Assembly: GCA_964431555.1 (NCBI GenBank)
Contig: CAYSJW010000023.1
Span: 33,368-97,367, forward strand
DNA length: 64,000 bases
Source: an uncultured Gammaproteobacteria bacterium
Lineage (GTDB): Bacteria > Patescibacteriota > Microgenomatia > UBA8517
Direction of reading: 5' to 3'
Positions 39,247-48,704 of this stretch are shown here, piece by piece. Every line of letters starts with the position of its first letter. Position 1 is the stretch's first letter. The notes under the pieces are model-generated. The model saw nothing but the letters and a program-made list of their open reading frames with translations. It did not search any database and had not been told where the DNA came from. The position numbers were made by a program, and so were the translations under genes.

Positions 39247-39729
39247 TCATTTCTTTCCATCTTTTTTCAATTCTGATCTCAACTGATTTATAACTTTTGG
39301 TTTTTTACTAACATTTTTTATTATTTTGCTATCTTTGTTACTTGTTTTTTTCTCATTCAAATCAATTCCAGTTTCACTATCTTTGCTAACATCCGGACTT
39401 TCCTTTACTCCCAAAACAATCCTAATATGACTCATTCTTCTTTTATATGGTTTTGCCATACCTCTGGCACCAGCCCGCCATCTTTTTAATCTCGGGCCTT
39501 CATTTACTTGAATCTCCTTAAAATACAAATCATTTTCGTTCATATTCTTTAGTCTAGCCTGCGCCAACGCCGAACCTATAACTTTCCTTAACCTCATCCC
39601 TGCCCTTTTACCTACAAATGGAAGCAATTGATAAGCCTTAAGAGGAGAAAGACTTCTTATTCTTGCAACGACCTCCCTAAATTTCTTAGGAGAGGTTATT
39701 AGATATTTTTGTGTCGCTTTTACATCCAT
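39247..39729 (-). CDS. rplV: 50S ribosomal protein L22 with a C-terminal extension. The start is placed at the internal ATG to remove an overlap with rpsS.
   Basis: ...KATQKYLITSPKKFREV... Confidence 0.88.
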   Translation of the reverse strand: MDVKATQKYLITSPKKFREVVARIRSLSPLKAYQLLPFVGKRAGMRLRKVIGSALAQARLKNMNENDLYFKEIQVNEGPRLKRWRAGARGMAKPYKRRMSHIRIVLGVKESPDVSKDSETGIDLNEKKTSNKDSKIIKNVSKKPKVINQLRSELKKDGKK

Positions 39730-39730
39730 A

Positions 39731-40012
39731 TTATGTCTTTTCAAGAATCCTTTTAACCACTTGACCGTGTCCTCTAAAAGTTCGGGTTGGGGCAAATTCA
39801 CCAAGCCTGTGTCCTACCATATCTTCGGTCACAAAAACGTCAATAAAAACCCTGCCATTGTGAACTTTAAAATATCTTCCCACGAATTCCGGGGAGATTT
39901 GAGAATTTCTCAACCAAGTCTTGATAGGGCTCTCCTTCATACCCATACCAGCTTTCACCTTTTTCAAAAGGCGGTTATCAACAAACGGTCCCTTTTTAGT
40001 ACTTCTTGCCAT
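39731..40012 (-). CDS. rpsS: 30S ribosomal protein S19.
   Basis: [19 protein letters not shown]... Confidence 0.92.
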   Translation of the reverse strand: MARSTKKGPFVDNRLLKKVKAGMGMKESPIKTWLRNSQISPEFVGRYFKVHNGRVFIDVFVTEDMVGHRLGEFAPTRTFRGHGQVVKRILEKT

Positions 40013-40030
40013 AATTACTATATTTTAAAA

Positions 40031-40783
40031 CTAATTGTGCTTACCCCTTTTTCTTGGTTGAATAATCAATTTATCTGAATATTTTCTTTTCTTTCTTGTC
40101 TTCCCAACAGCTGGTTTACCACTAGGTCTTTTTTGATATTTCATACCAATATGACTTCTACCTTCTCCTCCACCGTGAGGGTGAGCAGCTGGATGCATAG
40201 CTACACCCCTAACCGTTGGCCTTATCCCCATCTTTCTCTTCCTACCTGCCTTTCCAAGCCTTTTCGTTCTCGCATCTAAATTACCAACCTGTCCGATGGT
40301 TGCATAGGAGGAAGGCTTAAATCTTCTAACTTCACCCGAGGGAAGTTTAATTACCACCCATTCCTCCTCCTTGGCCTGAATAATTGCGGCAGAACCCGCA
40401 GATTTTACCATTTGCCCACCCTTTTTTGGCATTATTTCAATATTATGAACTTGAGTTCCAACCGGAATTTTAGCTAAGGGCAAAGCACTTCCCACCTCAA
40501 TTGGTGCATTTTCCGAAGAAATCACCTTATCTCCCTCTTTCAACCCCAAAGGGGCTAAAATATACCTTTTTTCACCATCTTCATAGGCTATTAGTGCAAT
40601 CTTTGCATTCCTATTAGGATCATACTCAAGAGATTCGACTTTACCCCACACATCCTTTTTATCTCTTTTGAAATCAATCTCCCTAAGAAATCTTTTCCTT
40701 CTTCCACCTTGATGTCTTACGGAAACATGTCCGTATGCATCTCTTCCAGACTTCTTTGGTAATATTTTCTTTAAATTTTTCAT
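40031..40783 (-). CDS. rplB: 50S ribosomal protein L2.
   Basis: ...GHVSVRHQGGRRKR...HPHGGGEGR... Confidence 0.92.
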   Translation of the reverse strand: MKNLKKILPKKSGRDAYGHVSVRHQGGRRKRFLREIDFKRDKKDVWGKVESLEYDPNRNAKIALIAYEDGEKRYILAPLGLKEGDKVISSENAPIEVGSALPLAKIPVGTQVHNIEIMPKKGGQMVKSAGSAAIIQAKEEEWVVIKLPSGEVRRFKPSSYATIGQVGNLDARTKRLGKAGRKRKMGIRPTVRGVAMHPAAHPHGGGEGRSHIGMKYQKRPSGKPAVGKTRKKRKYSDKLIIQPRKRGKHN

Positions 40784-41055
40784 TTTTTGTTTTCAAAAAT
40801 ATCTATCTTCTCCTTTTCAGCCAAAGTCACTATTGTCTTTTTCACAGGCATAATTCTCCTCTTCCTACCCGTTAGGGTTCTTTTTTCCTCTCCTTTAAAA
40901 TTCATCGTTCTTACAGTTTTTACATGAACATTGAATACCTCACTGATTAACTGCCTTATCTGACCTTTTCTCATACCAATCCCAACTTTAAAAGTGTACT
41001 TTCCCTTTTTAGCTAACTCTAAACTTTTTTCTGTTATTACCGGTTCTAACTTCAT
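40780..41055 (-). CDS. rplW: 50S ribosomal protein L23.
   Basis: 91 aa. Position and ...ITEKS... block. Confidence 0.88.
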   Translation of the reverse strand: MKLEPVITEKSLELAKKGKYTFKVGIGMRKGQIRQLISEVFNVHVKTVRTMNFKGEEKRTLTGRKRRIMPVKKTIVTLAEKEKIDIFENKK

Positions 41056-41837
41056 TTTGAACTCCTTTTTCTCGATACCCTTTTTAAAGCACTCTTATTC
41101 TTCAACTTTGAAGACTTGATTACTTTCTTTTTTCCTATTTTGTACAAATTCTTCTTTTTATCTTCAATTTCAACTTTCTCTTTTTCCTTCTCCTTTTTGT
41201 CTAAACTTTTTTCTTTCCCAGATAAAACCGCAAAAGCCCCTTTCTCAAAAATTAGGTAATCGCTACTCAAAACATCCATAGCATTTAAATTTTCTAAAAA
41301 TAGAACTTTAAAATTTTCTAAATTTCTAAAGGCTCTCTCCAATCCACTATTCTCTCTTTTGATAACCAAGCAAAAAGAACTTCTATTTTTTATATTCTCT
41401 TTACTTTTTATTATCTCAACCAATCTTTCAGCATCTTTAGTCTTAAATATTTTTGATAAACCGCTGACTACAAAAATCTGATTCTTATCGGCTTTATAAG
41501 ATAAAGAATGTAAAAGTGCCTTTTTGGCCATTTTTTTTGAAACACTTAAAATTCTTCTTACTCCCTTAGGTCCGTGTGCTACCCCTCCACCAACAAAAAT
41601 CGGGGCTGAACGTGATCCATGTCTGGCTCTTCCGGTTCCTTTCTGTCTCCAGATTTTTGCAGTAGATAAACTCACTTCCCCTCTTGTCTTCACTTTAGAC
41701 AGTTCTTTGTGCCTTTTCCACTCATAAACACGCCAAGCCTGAGCTAACAAACCAAAATTTACCTTCTCCTTCAATAAATTGGGCAATTCTAGACTACTCT
41801 TACTTCCCGATACTGTATAGCAATTAATAGTTTTCAT
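41052..41837 (-). CDS. rplD: 50S ribosomal protein L4 with a Lys-rich C-terminal extension.
   Basis: ...[24 protein letters not shown]... Confidence 0.9.
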   Translation of the reverse strand: MKTINCYTVSGSKSSLELPNLLKEKVNFGLLAQAWRVYEWKRHKELSKVKTRGEVSLSTAKIWRQKGTGRARHGSRSAPIFVGGGVAHGPKGVRRILSVSKKMAKKALLHSLSYKADKNQIFVVSGLSKIFKTKDAERLVEIIKSKENIKNRSSFCLVIKRENSGLERAFRNLENFKVLFLENLNAMDVLSSDYLIFEKGAFAVLSGKEKSLDKKEKEKEKVEIEDKKKNLYKIGKKKVIKSSKLKNKSALKRVSRKRSSK

Positions 41838-41867
41838 AATAATTTTGTGCTATCTGGATTTTTCAAT

Positions 41868-42629
41868 CTAAACTTCAGGTTTTACATTTTTATTTTCAAC
41901 GCTACCTTCTGTTTCTTTTGTCTCATCAAATTCCTGAGCTACAACAATGGGTGTTTCCTCAACTAAATCAGAAAGCTTACCTTTACCAATTCTTTTAATT
42001 ATTAAAACATCTCTTGGTGTTCCAGGAACAGGCCCAGAAAGAGCTATAACTCCTTCATTTTCCTTTGTCTCAATCACCATCAGATTTTTCACCGTCACCC
42101 TAGATCTTCCCATTCTTCCAGCCATTCTTTTACCTTTATAAACTCTACCCGGAGTAGTTCCCTGACCTATAGAACCAGGTGCTCTTTCTCTATCCGATTG
42201 TCCGTGTGTTCTCGGGCCACCTGCAAATCCCCATCTTTTCACAACACCTGCAAAACCCTTACCCTTTGAAATACCCGTAACTGTAACAATATCTCCCTTA
42301 GAGAAAATATCAGAAACCTTTATTACATCTCCAACCTTTACATCGGGCTCTTCACTTAGACGAACTTCGCGCAAGAACTTTGGATATTTTTGATCTTTTT
42401 CACTGAAGTTTGGACTTACTTTATCGAAGTGACCTCTAAGAGGTTTTGAAGTGTTTTTTGATTTTCTTTCACCGAATCCTAACTGAACCGCCCAATAACC
42501 ATCCTTTTCAGGGCTTTTAATCTGGGTTACAATACAAGGCCCTGCCTTTATCCATGTTACAGATACTCTTGTCCCTTCGACAAAAGTCTGATCCATAAAT
42601 CTTTTTGATCCTAAAATTGTATCAATCAT
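41868..42629 (-). CDS. rplC: 50S ribosomal protein L3. The start is at the internal ATG 42627-42629.
   Basis: ...FVEGTRVSVTWIKAGPC... no rpsJ immediately upstream. Confidence 0.9.
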   Translation of the reverse strand: MIDTILGSKRFMDQTFVEGTRVSVTWIKAGPCIVTQIKSPEKDGYWAVQLGFGERKSKNTSKPLRGHFDKVSPNFSEKDQKYPKFLREVRLSEEPDVKVGDVIKVSDIFSKGDIVTVTGISKGKGFAGVVKRWGFAGGPRTHGQSDRERAPGSIGQGTTPGRVYKGKRMAGRMGRSRVTVKNLMVIETKENEGVIALSGPVPGTPRDVLIIKRIGKGKLSDLVEETPIVVAQEFDETKETEGSVENKNVKPEV

Positions 42630-42660
42630 AAAATTTCTATAAAGTTTGATATAAATAACC

Positions 42661-42683
42661 AAAAAAAAGGTGCCAGAGGCACC
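42661..42683 (-). terminator. Minus-strand hairpin GGTGCC-UCU-GGCACC followed by U8, about 30 nt upstream of the rplC start codon. Terminator or leader attenuator.
   Basis: Perfect 6-bp GC-rich stem plus T8 on the minus strand, read directly. Confidence 0.6.
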
Positions 42684-42974
42684 TAGTTTGGTACTTCAGG
42701 CAAAACCTAAAGAGGCTATATCCGACGAACCACCTCCATGTAAGTGGGAATTATATCAAAATAAACTTCCGATATGCAATAGGCTGGAAAATATAATTAA
42801 AAAATTCGAATAACCACTGTTTTTCTCAAATCTTTAATAATTATACTTTTATTTAAATCTTCTATCAGTAAACTATAATCTCCATTATTGACTTTTATTT
42901 TTTTTACAATTATTGACAAAGTTTGATAATTGGTATACAAGATTGGAAGAGAGTAAATTTAAATTTTTTCATCA

Positions 42975-43913
42975 ATGGCTAAAAACAAAATAAAAAGGGT
43001 TAAACATTTGGTATTTGGCTTCGGCCAGATAGCTAGTTTTATTGAAAAATATTTTAAAGAAGCTTTTGTTTCCCATGCAGATATAACAAAAGACAAAGAG
43101 ATTGAGGATGAAATCCAAAAGTACGAACCAGAGGCAGTAATAAACACAGCAGCCATAACTTCTCTGGAGGAATGCGAACAAAACAAAATTAAGGCCTTTG
43201 AAGTTAATACCCTTGGAGCTTATAAAATATGGAATATATGCCGAAAAAACGACATATTTTATTGCCATTTCTCTAGTGGTTGTATTTTTAGTAGTAAAAC
43301 CGCAGATGAAATATACCATGAATCCGATACTCCAAACCCTCAAAGTTATTACAGTTGGACAAAAGTTTGGGCAGAAAATTTGCTGGGAAAACCCCCTAAT
43401 CTGTTGATAGTTCGACCAAGACAAGTTATCTCATCAAGTGTTGATAAAAGAAATACACTAGCCAAATGGGTAGTCTATTCCCACTTTATCCCTGACCAAA
43501 ACACAACATCAGTAGTTGAAGACTTCATGCCAGTCTTGGAAGACATGATTAGAAGAAAAATATCCGGCACTTTTCATCTTGCCAATCCGGGAACAATCTC
43601 CCCATTAGAAGTCGCATATTTACTAAAAAAGAAGATTAATCCGAAAATGAAAATACACAAAACTACACTAGAGGAGATAAATAAAAGCTTGATAGCCAAA
43701 AGAGTTTCTACAATCCTATCCACCAAAGCTTTGGAATCTTTGGGGTATGTTTTGCCTCCAATTCGCGAGTCTATCGAAAAAACTATCGAAATTTTTGGCA
43801 AAAATCTTAAAAAGCTCGGTGGATTGAAAGCCTTGGATCCTTTGAGAAATGAAACTAAAAGCAAATTCTCCTTAGCTTCAAAAGTAAAGAATTCTTTCCT
43901 AGAAATTAATTGA
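42975..43913 (+). CDS. NAD(P)-dependent sugar-nucleotide reductase/epimerase of the extended SDR family, RmlD (dTDP-4-dehydrorhamnose reductase)-like.
   Basis: N-terminal LVFGFGQIAS Rossmann turn. PNPQSYYSWTK (YxxxK catalytic pair). Confidence 0.55.
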   Translation: MAKNKIKRVKHLVFGFGQIASFIEKYFKEAFVSHADITKDKEIEDEIQKYEPEAVINTAAITSLEECEQNKIKAFEVNTLGAYKIWNICRKNDIFYCHFSSGCIFSSKTADEIYHESDTPNPQSYYSWTKVWAENLLGKPPNLLIVRPRQVISSSVDKRNTLAKWVVYSHFIPDQNTTSVVEDFMPVLEDMIRRKISGTFHLANPGTISPLEVAYLLKKKINPKMKIHKTTLEEINKSLIAKRVSTILSTKALESLGYVLPPIRESIEKTIEIFGKNLKKLGGLKALDPLRNETKSKFSLASKVKNSFLEIN

Positions 43914-44174
43914 TCATCTCACCTTCTGCTAACCACAAAAAGCTTCCCAACTCAAAATTAAAAGAGGTAAATTTTGAACTTTCTTTCCAATAAATACTTC
44001 CTTTTTTTTAAACCCACTCCAAAAATATTTTCATAATAATAATTTATTTTCTAATTTTAACTTTTGAAGACAACTTAAATAAAAATCAGAAAACAATTGA
44101 AAATATTACCAAATTAAAATCTTATTAATTGAATTGACACTTTTTCAAATTCTACTTTTTATTAATCTTGAGTT

Positions 44175-44681
44175 TTATTGTACGATCTTAAATGTCTTGA
44201 TTATCTCCTCAACTTCAGGTTCAAAATTTACATTCACTAACGTCAAATACTTATTTCTAACCTCCATAACATAAAGGTTTTTAGCATTTGAGTATTTGCT
44301 TTTATATTCGGCTTCAGTATTCCAAACTTCAATCGGTAAATCGTAAGATTGTCCTCCGCCATAAATTAAAACAATAGCATTAGGCCAGCCATAAAGGTTT
44401 TCTTTATCAGTTAAAGCCTTGTAATTTGAAGGATATGAAATCTCAAATCCATACTCCTCATTTCTATAGGTTAACCACCCTTCAGGTATTTTTGATTCCT
44501 CGTTTTTAATTGTTGGCATAGGAGTTTCAGGTTTTTCTACATTGGCAATTGTGGGCTGTTGTAAAGAATTGTTAACTTTTTCCTTAGCATTTTTGCTTTG
44601 CATACCAAGATAGTATGCTCCAAGCAAAGAAGATACAACAATCAAGGTGATAAAAACTCCTAGGAAAAACCCCTTTTTCAT
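44175..44681 (-). CDS. Hypothetical N-terminally anchored or secreted protein.
   Basis: 168 aa. N-terminal TM MKKGFFLGVFITLIVVSSLLGAYYLG. Confidence 0.5.
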   Translation of the reverse strand: MKKGFFLGVFITLIVVSSLLGAYYLGMQSKNAKEKVNNSLQQPTIANVEKPETPMPTIKNEESKIPEGWLTYRNEEYGFEISYPSNYKALTDKENLYGWPNAIVLIYGGGQSYDLPIEVWNTEAEYKSKYSNAKNLYVMEVRNKYLTLVNVNFEPEVEEIIKTFKIVQ

Positions 44682-44736
44682 AAAACGATGATATATAAAA
44701 AAATCATATTATTCAACTGTAAAATGCAGGAAAAGG

Positions 44737-45288
44737 TTATCTGAAAATATTAAGTGTAAATTCCTTGTAAGTTTTGTTGCCATTATTATCGCTTAGGTTA
44801 ACAACAAGAGAGAATTGTCCCTGAATTGACGGTTTTCCCGATAATTCGCACTTTATAGCATTTATAGGTTTCAAAGTATTTTTACATCTAATAAGACTTA
44901 AACCTAAAGGAAGGTTTTCAGCGGACATAGATAAAGTATCATTCTTATCTGGATCATATCCCTCGATTCTAAAATTGTACATTTTATTAACATACCCATC
45001 TGGTAGTAAATTTGTTGTTATTACCGGCAAACTACCAACAATAGTCGGCGTTGGGGAAGTGGGAGAAGTTATCGGCGGAGTCGTTGGAACTTGAGCTCGC
45101 GGCTTAAAATAGGTTTGTCTATTAGCAAGCATAACCGTCAAAGGAAGTGAAAGTAAAATAAACAAAAGTACAGCCAACGAGGCACTTTGTGTTCTATCGA
45201 GCCTTTTAAGGTTTACAATATACTTCTTTATTTTTTCTCTAAATTTCAGATCTCCCTGAAAAAAGCTTTTTTCAGATAATAAATCCAT
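44737..45288 (-). CDS. Membrane-anchored surface protein with a Pro/Thr-rich linker and a putative Ig-like (He_PIG-type) domain.
   Basis: TM, then TTPPITSPTSPTPT, then LLPDGYVNKMYNFRIEGYDPD...LPLGLSL, which matches the putative-Ig-domain pattern LP.G..G..Y....LP.GLSL. Confidence 0.55.
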   Translation of the reverse strand: MDLLSEKSFFQGDLKFREKIKKYIVNLKRLDRTQSASLAVLLFILLSLPLTVMLANRQTYFKPRAQVPTTPPITSPTSPTPTIVGSLPVITTNLLPDGYVNKMYNFRIEGYDPDKNDTLSMSAENLPLGLSLIRCKNTLKPINAIKCELSGKPSIQGQFSLVVNLSDNNGNKTYKEFTLNIFR

Positions 45289-45368
45289 TACTTAAATTTA
45301 ATAGTATTAATTTGTCTTGTCAATAAAAGTAGTTGATTACAAAATTAGTACTTCTTTATATGAGATAA

Positions 45369-45605
45369 TCAATTACTGCGACCTGGCGGGGTCACCGGTT
45401 TATTATTTCCCCTTTGAACTGGAGTTGCAGGTTTTTTAAATTGCCCAGGTGGTGTAACAATACTACTTTGATTATTTTGATCTATATCTTTTGCAGCCAA
45501 AGTTACAACCGGTAATAATATTAAAAGTAAGAAAAGAAAAAAAAGGAAAAAAGCATTTTGCCTTAATACCCTTTTATATTTCTTTAACGAAAATTTTCTA
45601 TCCAT
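45369..45605 (-). CDS. Small membrane-anchored Pro-rich protein (78 aa).
   Basis: TM (FFLFFLFLLLILLPVVTLAA) and repeated PATP/PVTPPG. Confidence 0.4.
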   Translation of the reverse strand: MDRKFSLKKYKRVLRQNAFFLFFLFLLLILLPVVTLAAKDIDQNNQSSIVTPPGQFKKPATPVQRGNNKPVTPPGRSN

Positions 45606-45659
45606 ATTATCTGGCTAATAGTTAATAACTATAAGTTAAGGTATTATAATATATCAATT

Positions 45660-46838
45660 ATGATTGTCAAGTGTTATAAAAATTTACCACTTTATCTTTT
45701 TATCATTTTGCTAAGCACAAACATCTTCATATTTTGGCCATTTTCTCAAATAGTGTACGAGGTTCCTAAAGTATGGTTTGTCAATCGTATTATTGAAATT
45801 CTTGGAATTGCCGGACTACTACTTTCACCTCGATTAAAAAAGAAAAAATATGATAAGAATTTATTTATACTAGTTATTGGTTTTCTTTCTCTTGCAATCA
45901 TAAGTAGTTTAGTCGGAGTAGATTTACAAAAAAGTTTTCTGGGTAATTATTACAGAGCTGACGGACTGTTCACAACGATACATTTTCTAATTCTTTTTCT
46001 GTTTTTGCATTTGTACTTTCAAAAAACATGGTTGGAAAGTATATTTAAAGCAGTAGCATATTCAAATTTCATCCTCAACCTACTGGTTATTTTATGTTTT
46101 TTCTTAGCCTTGTCGGGAAAGTACATTTTTGAGAATTGGGATGGTAGTTTCGGCGCTAACTTTGGCAACCCAAACTTTTTGGCAGGCTATTTGTTGGTTA
46201 CATTACCTTTCACCTATTATTTCTTTGAGAAAAAGAAAAAAGCAATCGCTAAACTACCATTCACCCTTCAGTTGGTAGGGATAATACTAACCGGATCATT
46301 GGCAGGAATAATCGGCGCGATATTATATGTTGCCTACCTCACATATATAAATTTAATAAATAACAAATTTATCATGGTAATATTGATATTGATTGCAATT
46401 ACTGGGCTTAGTTTTGTACTTAGCAATCAAAGGACTTATAGAAATGGATTTTTAGTAGCAGAAAGCAGAGAAAGGATTATAATGAAAGGATTAATAGCAT
46501 TTAAGCAAAGGCCATTTTTTGGTTGGGGATGGGCTAATTTTGATTACGCTTTTGATTCTGTTGATTGGCCGATAAAAATTAACGATGATATTTACGTTGA
46601 CAAAGCACACTCAAGTCTTTTGGAAATTCTGGTAACTACAGGAGTCTTCGGATTTACAATTTACTTTTTTCTCCTTTCAAGAATTGGAAGAAATATCTAT
46701 TTTTCAACGAACAAGTATAAGAAATATTTATTTTCTGCTTTTGTAATTTTAATACTACATATGCAGACAAATATTATATCCGTATCTGAAGAACTATTTT
46801 TTTGGATTCTTGCTGGATTCTCAGTTAAAAATTATTAA
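45660..46838 (+). CDS. O-antigen ligase/polymerase (Wzy_C)-family polytopic membrane protein.
   Basis: About 10 TM. Periplasmic-loop motif ...DKAHSSLLEILVTTGVFG..., resembling the conserved AHN.YLq.l.E.G block of WaaL/Wzy_C. Confidence 0.55.
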   Translation: MIVKCYKNLPLYLFIILLSTNIFIFWPFSQIVYEVPKVWFVNRIIEILGIAGLLLSPRLKKKKYDKNLFILVIGFLSLAIISSLVGVDLQKSFLGNYYRADGLFTTIHFLILFLFLHLYFQKTWLESIFKAVAYSNFILNLLVILCFFLALSGKYIFENWDGSFGANFGNPNFLAGYLLVTLPFTYYFFEKKKKAIAKLPFTLQLVGIILTGSLAGIIGAILYVAYLTYINLINNKFIMVILILIAITGLSFVLSNQRTYRNGFLVAESRERIIMKGLIAFKQRPFFGWGWANFDYAFDSVDWPIKINDDIYVDKAHSSLLEILVTTGVFGFTIYFFLLSRIGRNIYFSTNKYKKYLFSAFVILILHMQTNIISVSEELFFWILAGFSVKNY

Positions 46839-47026
46839 TATTTTTAAAAAATACTATATCTTATAATATTAACAAGTTGATATCTATAATTAAACTATTA
46901 AATTAACTTTGACTTCTCTCTCTAACCTAAACTTTCTTTGTAAACAAACCAAAATAACTGAAACACAAAATTAACAAATCTTTCATTTAAAACTTATCGG
47001 GGAGAAAAGTTACTAGAATGTTCCAA

Positions 47027-47341
47027 CTACATCTTAATTTCTATACTTACCCCAGCGGGTAAATCTAGATTTGATAAAGAATCTATAGTGCGAGGAGTAG
47101 GATCAAGAATATCTATTAAACGTTTGTGGATCAAAACTTCAAAATGTTCCTGAACTCTTTTAGCTCCGCGGGAAGTAGAAGGAACAACTGGAATCAAAGT
47201 TCTTTTAGTGGGTAAGGGGATTGGTCCTTTTATTCTTGCTCCAGTTGCCATAGCAGTATCAATTATCTTAAGCACAGCTTCATCCATCACTCTGTGATCG
47301 TAGCTTTTTAACTTGACTCTGAGCCGTGAGTTTCCTGCCAT
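47027..47341 (-). CDS. rpsJ: 30S ribosomal protein S10. It sits next to tuf and is detached from rplC.
   Basis: [22 protein letters not shown]... start at ATG 47339-47341. Confidence 0.92.
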   Translation of the reverse strand: MAGNSRLRVKLKSYDHRVMDEAVLKIIDTAMATGARIKGPIPLPTKRTLIPVVPSTSRGAKRVQEHFEVLIHKRLIDILDPTPRTIDSLSNLDLPAGVSIEIKM

Positions 47342-47352
47342 AGTCTTAAAGA

Positions 47353-47378
47353 GCAAAAAAAATCCCCTTATTCAGGGG
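47353..47378 (-). terminator. Short hairpin (CCCCU-GAAUA-AGGGG on the minus strand) followed by a U-run, between tuf and rpsJ. Likely a partial terminator or attenuator.
   Basis: Read directly. 5-bp GC stem plus T8. Confidence 0.45.
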
Positions 47379-47393
47379 AAATACATAATTTGA

Positions 47394-48593
47394 TTAAGCA
47401 ATAATTTTGGTAATAACACCAGCACCAACTGTCTGACCACCTTCACGAATAGCGAATCTCCAACCCTCTTCCATTGCTACAGATTGTATAAGTTTCACCT
47501 TCATCTTGGCATTATCACCCGGCATAACCATTTCAATACCCTCAGGAAGAATAACCTCGCCTGTCACATCGGCAGTCCTGATAAAAAACTGAGGCTTATA
47601 ACCTGAAAAGAAAGGTGTGTGACGTCCTCCCTCTTCCTTACTTAAAATGTAAACCTCAGCTTCAAACTCTGTGTGAGGAGTCACCGTTCCAGGCTTTGCC
47701 AAAACTTGACCTCGCTCAACTTCATCTTTTTCAATACCCCTTAAAAGAACTCCAACATTATCACCTGCAATAGTCTCTTCGAGAGTTTTTCTAAACATTT
47801 CAAGACCTGTAGCAACTGTTTTCCTTGTTTCTCTTAACCCCACTATTTCAACTTCTTCATTTATCTTTAGTCTACCTCTCTCTACCCTTCCGGTTGCTAC
47901 TGTTCCTCTACCCTTTATGGAGAAAACATCTTCAACCGGCATAACAAACGGCTTATCTACATCTCTTACAGGTTCAGGAATATATTCATCAACAGCTTTC
48001 ATAAGTTCTAAAACCTGCTTTTCGGCTTCGGGATCACCTTCAAGAGCTTTCAAAGCTGAAACCTTAATAATAGGAACTTCATCACCCGGATATTCATATT
48101 TCTTAAGAAGATCCCTTACATCCGCCTCAACCAAATCTATAATTTCTGGATCATCAACAGCATCAACTTTATTCAATGCAACTACAATTGCTGGAACATT
48201 AACCTGACGAGCTAAAATAACATGTTCTCGAGTTTGGGGCATCGGACCATCAGGAGCAGAAATTACCAAAATTGCGCCATCCATTTGCGCAGCTCCTGTT
48301 ATCATATTCTTGATATAATCTGCATGACCAGGAGCATCTATGTGGGCATAATGCCTTTTATCTGTTTCGTACTCAATATGGGAGATATTTATGGTAACTC
48401 CTCTTTCTTTCTCCTCCGGCGCATTATCGATATCATCAAACTTGTAAGCTTTAGTTTTATTACCAGGTTGTTTCGACAAAACATTAGTAATTGCAGCTGT
48501 TAATGTCGTCTTGCCATGATCAACATGGCCAATAGTACCAATATTCACATGAGGTTTCGTTCTTTCAAACTTCTGTTTTGCATCTGCTGCCAT
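47394..48593 (-). CDS. tuf: Elongation factor Tu.
   Basis: [25 protein letters not shown] blocks. Confidence 0.95.
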   Translation of the reverse strand: MAADAKQKFERTKPHVNIGTIGHVDHGKTTLTAAITNVLSKQPGNKTKAYKFDDIDNAPEEKERGVTINISHIEYETDKRHYAHIDAPGHADYIKNMITGAAQMDGAILVISAPDGPMPQTREHVILARQVNVPAIVVALNKVDAVDDPEIIDLVEADVRDLLKKYEYPGDEVPIIKVSALKALEGDPEAEKQVLELMKAVDEYIPEPVRDVDKPFVMPVEDVFSIKGRGTVATGRVERGRLKINEEVEIVGLRETRKTVATGLEMFRKTLEETIAGDNVGVLLRGIEKDEVERGQVLAKPGTVTPHTEFEAEVYILSKEEGGRHTPFFSGYKPQFFIRTADVTGEVILPEGIEMVMPGDNAKMKVKLIQSVAMEEGWRFAIREGGQTVGAGVITKIIA

Positions 48594-48704
48594 ATTTTTA
48601 GTATACCAAAGTGTTGTTCAATAAAACAAGGGCATATTGCCCTTACTTGCGAGTAATTATATTAAACCCAAATTTAATCTGTCAATACCTAAACTCTCAA
48701 CTTT

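Noticed and set aside
42959-43424. Minus-strand ORFs of 75 and 150 aa.
   Set aside because: They are antisense to, and fully inside, the better-supported RmlD-like plus-strand gene (YxxxK motif, Rossmann N-terminus). The products are hydrophobic and low-complexity.
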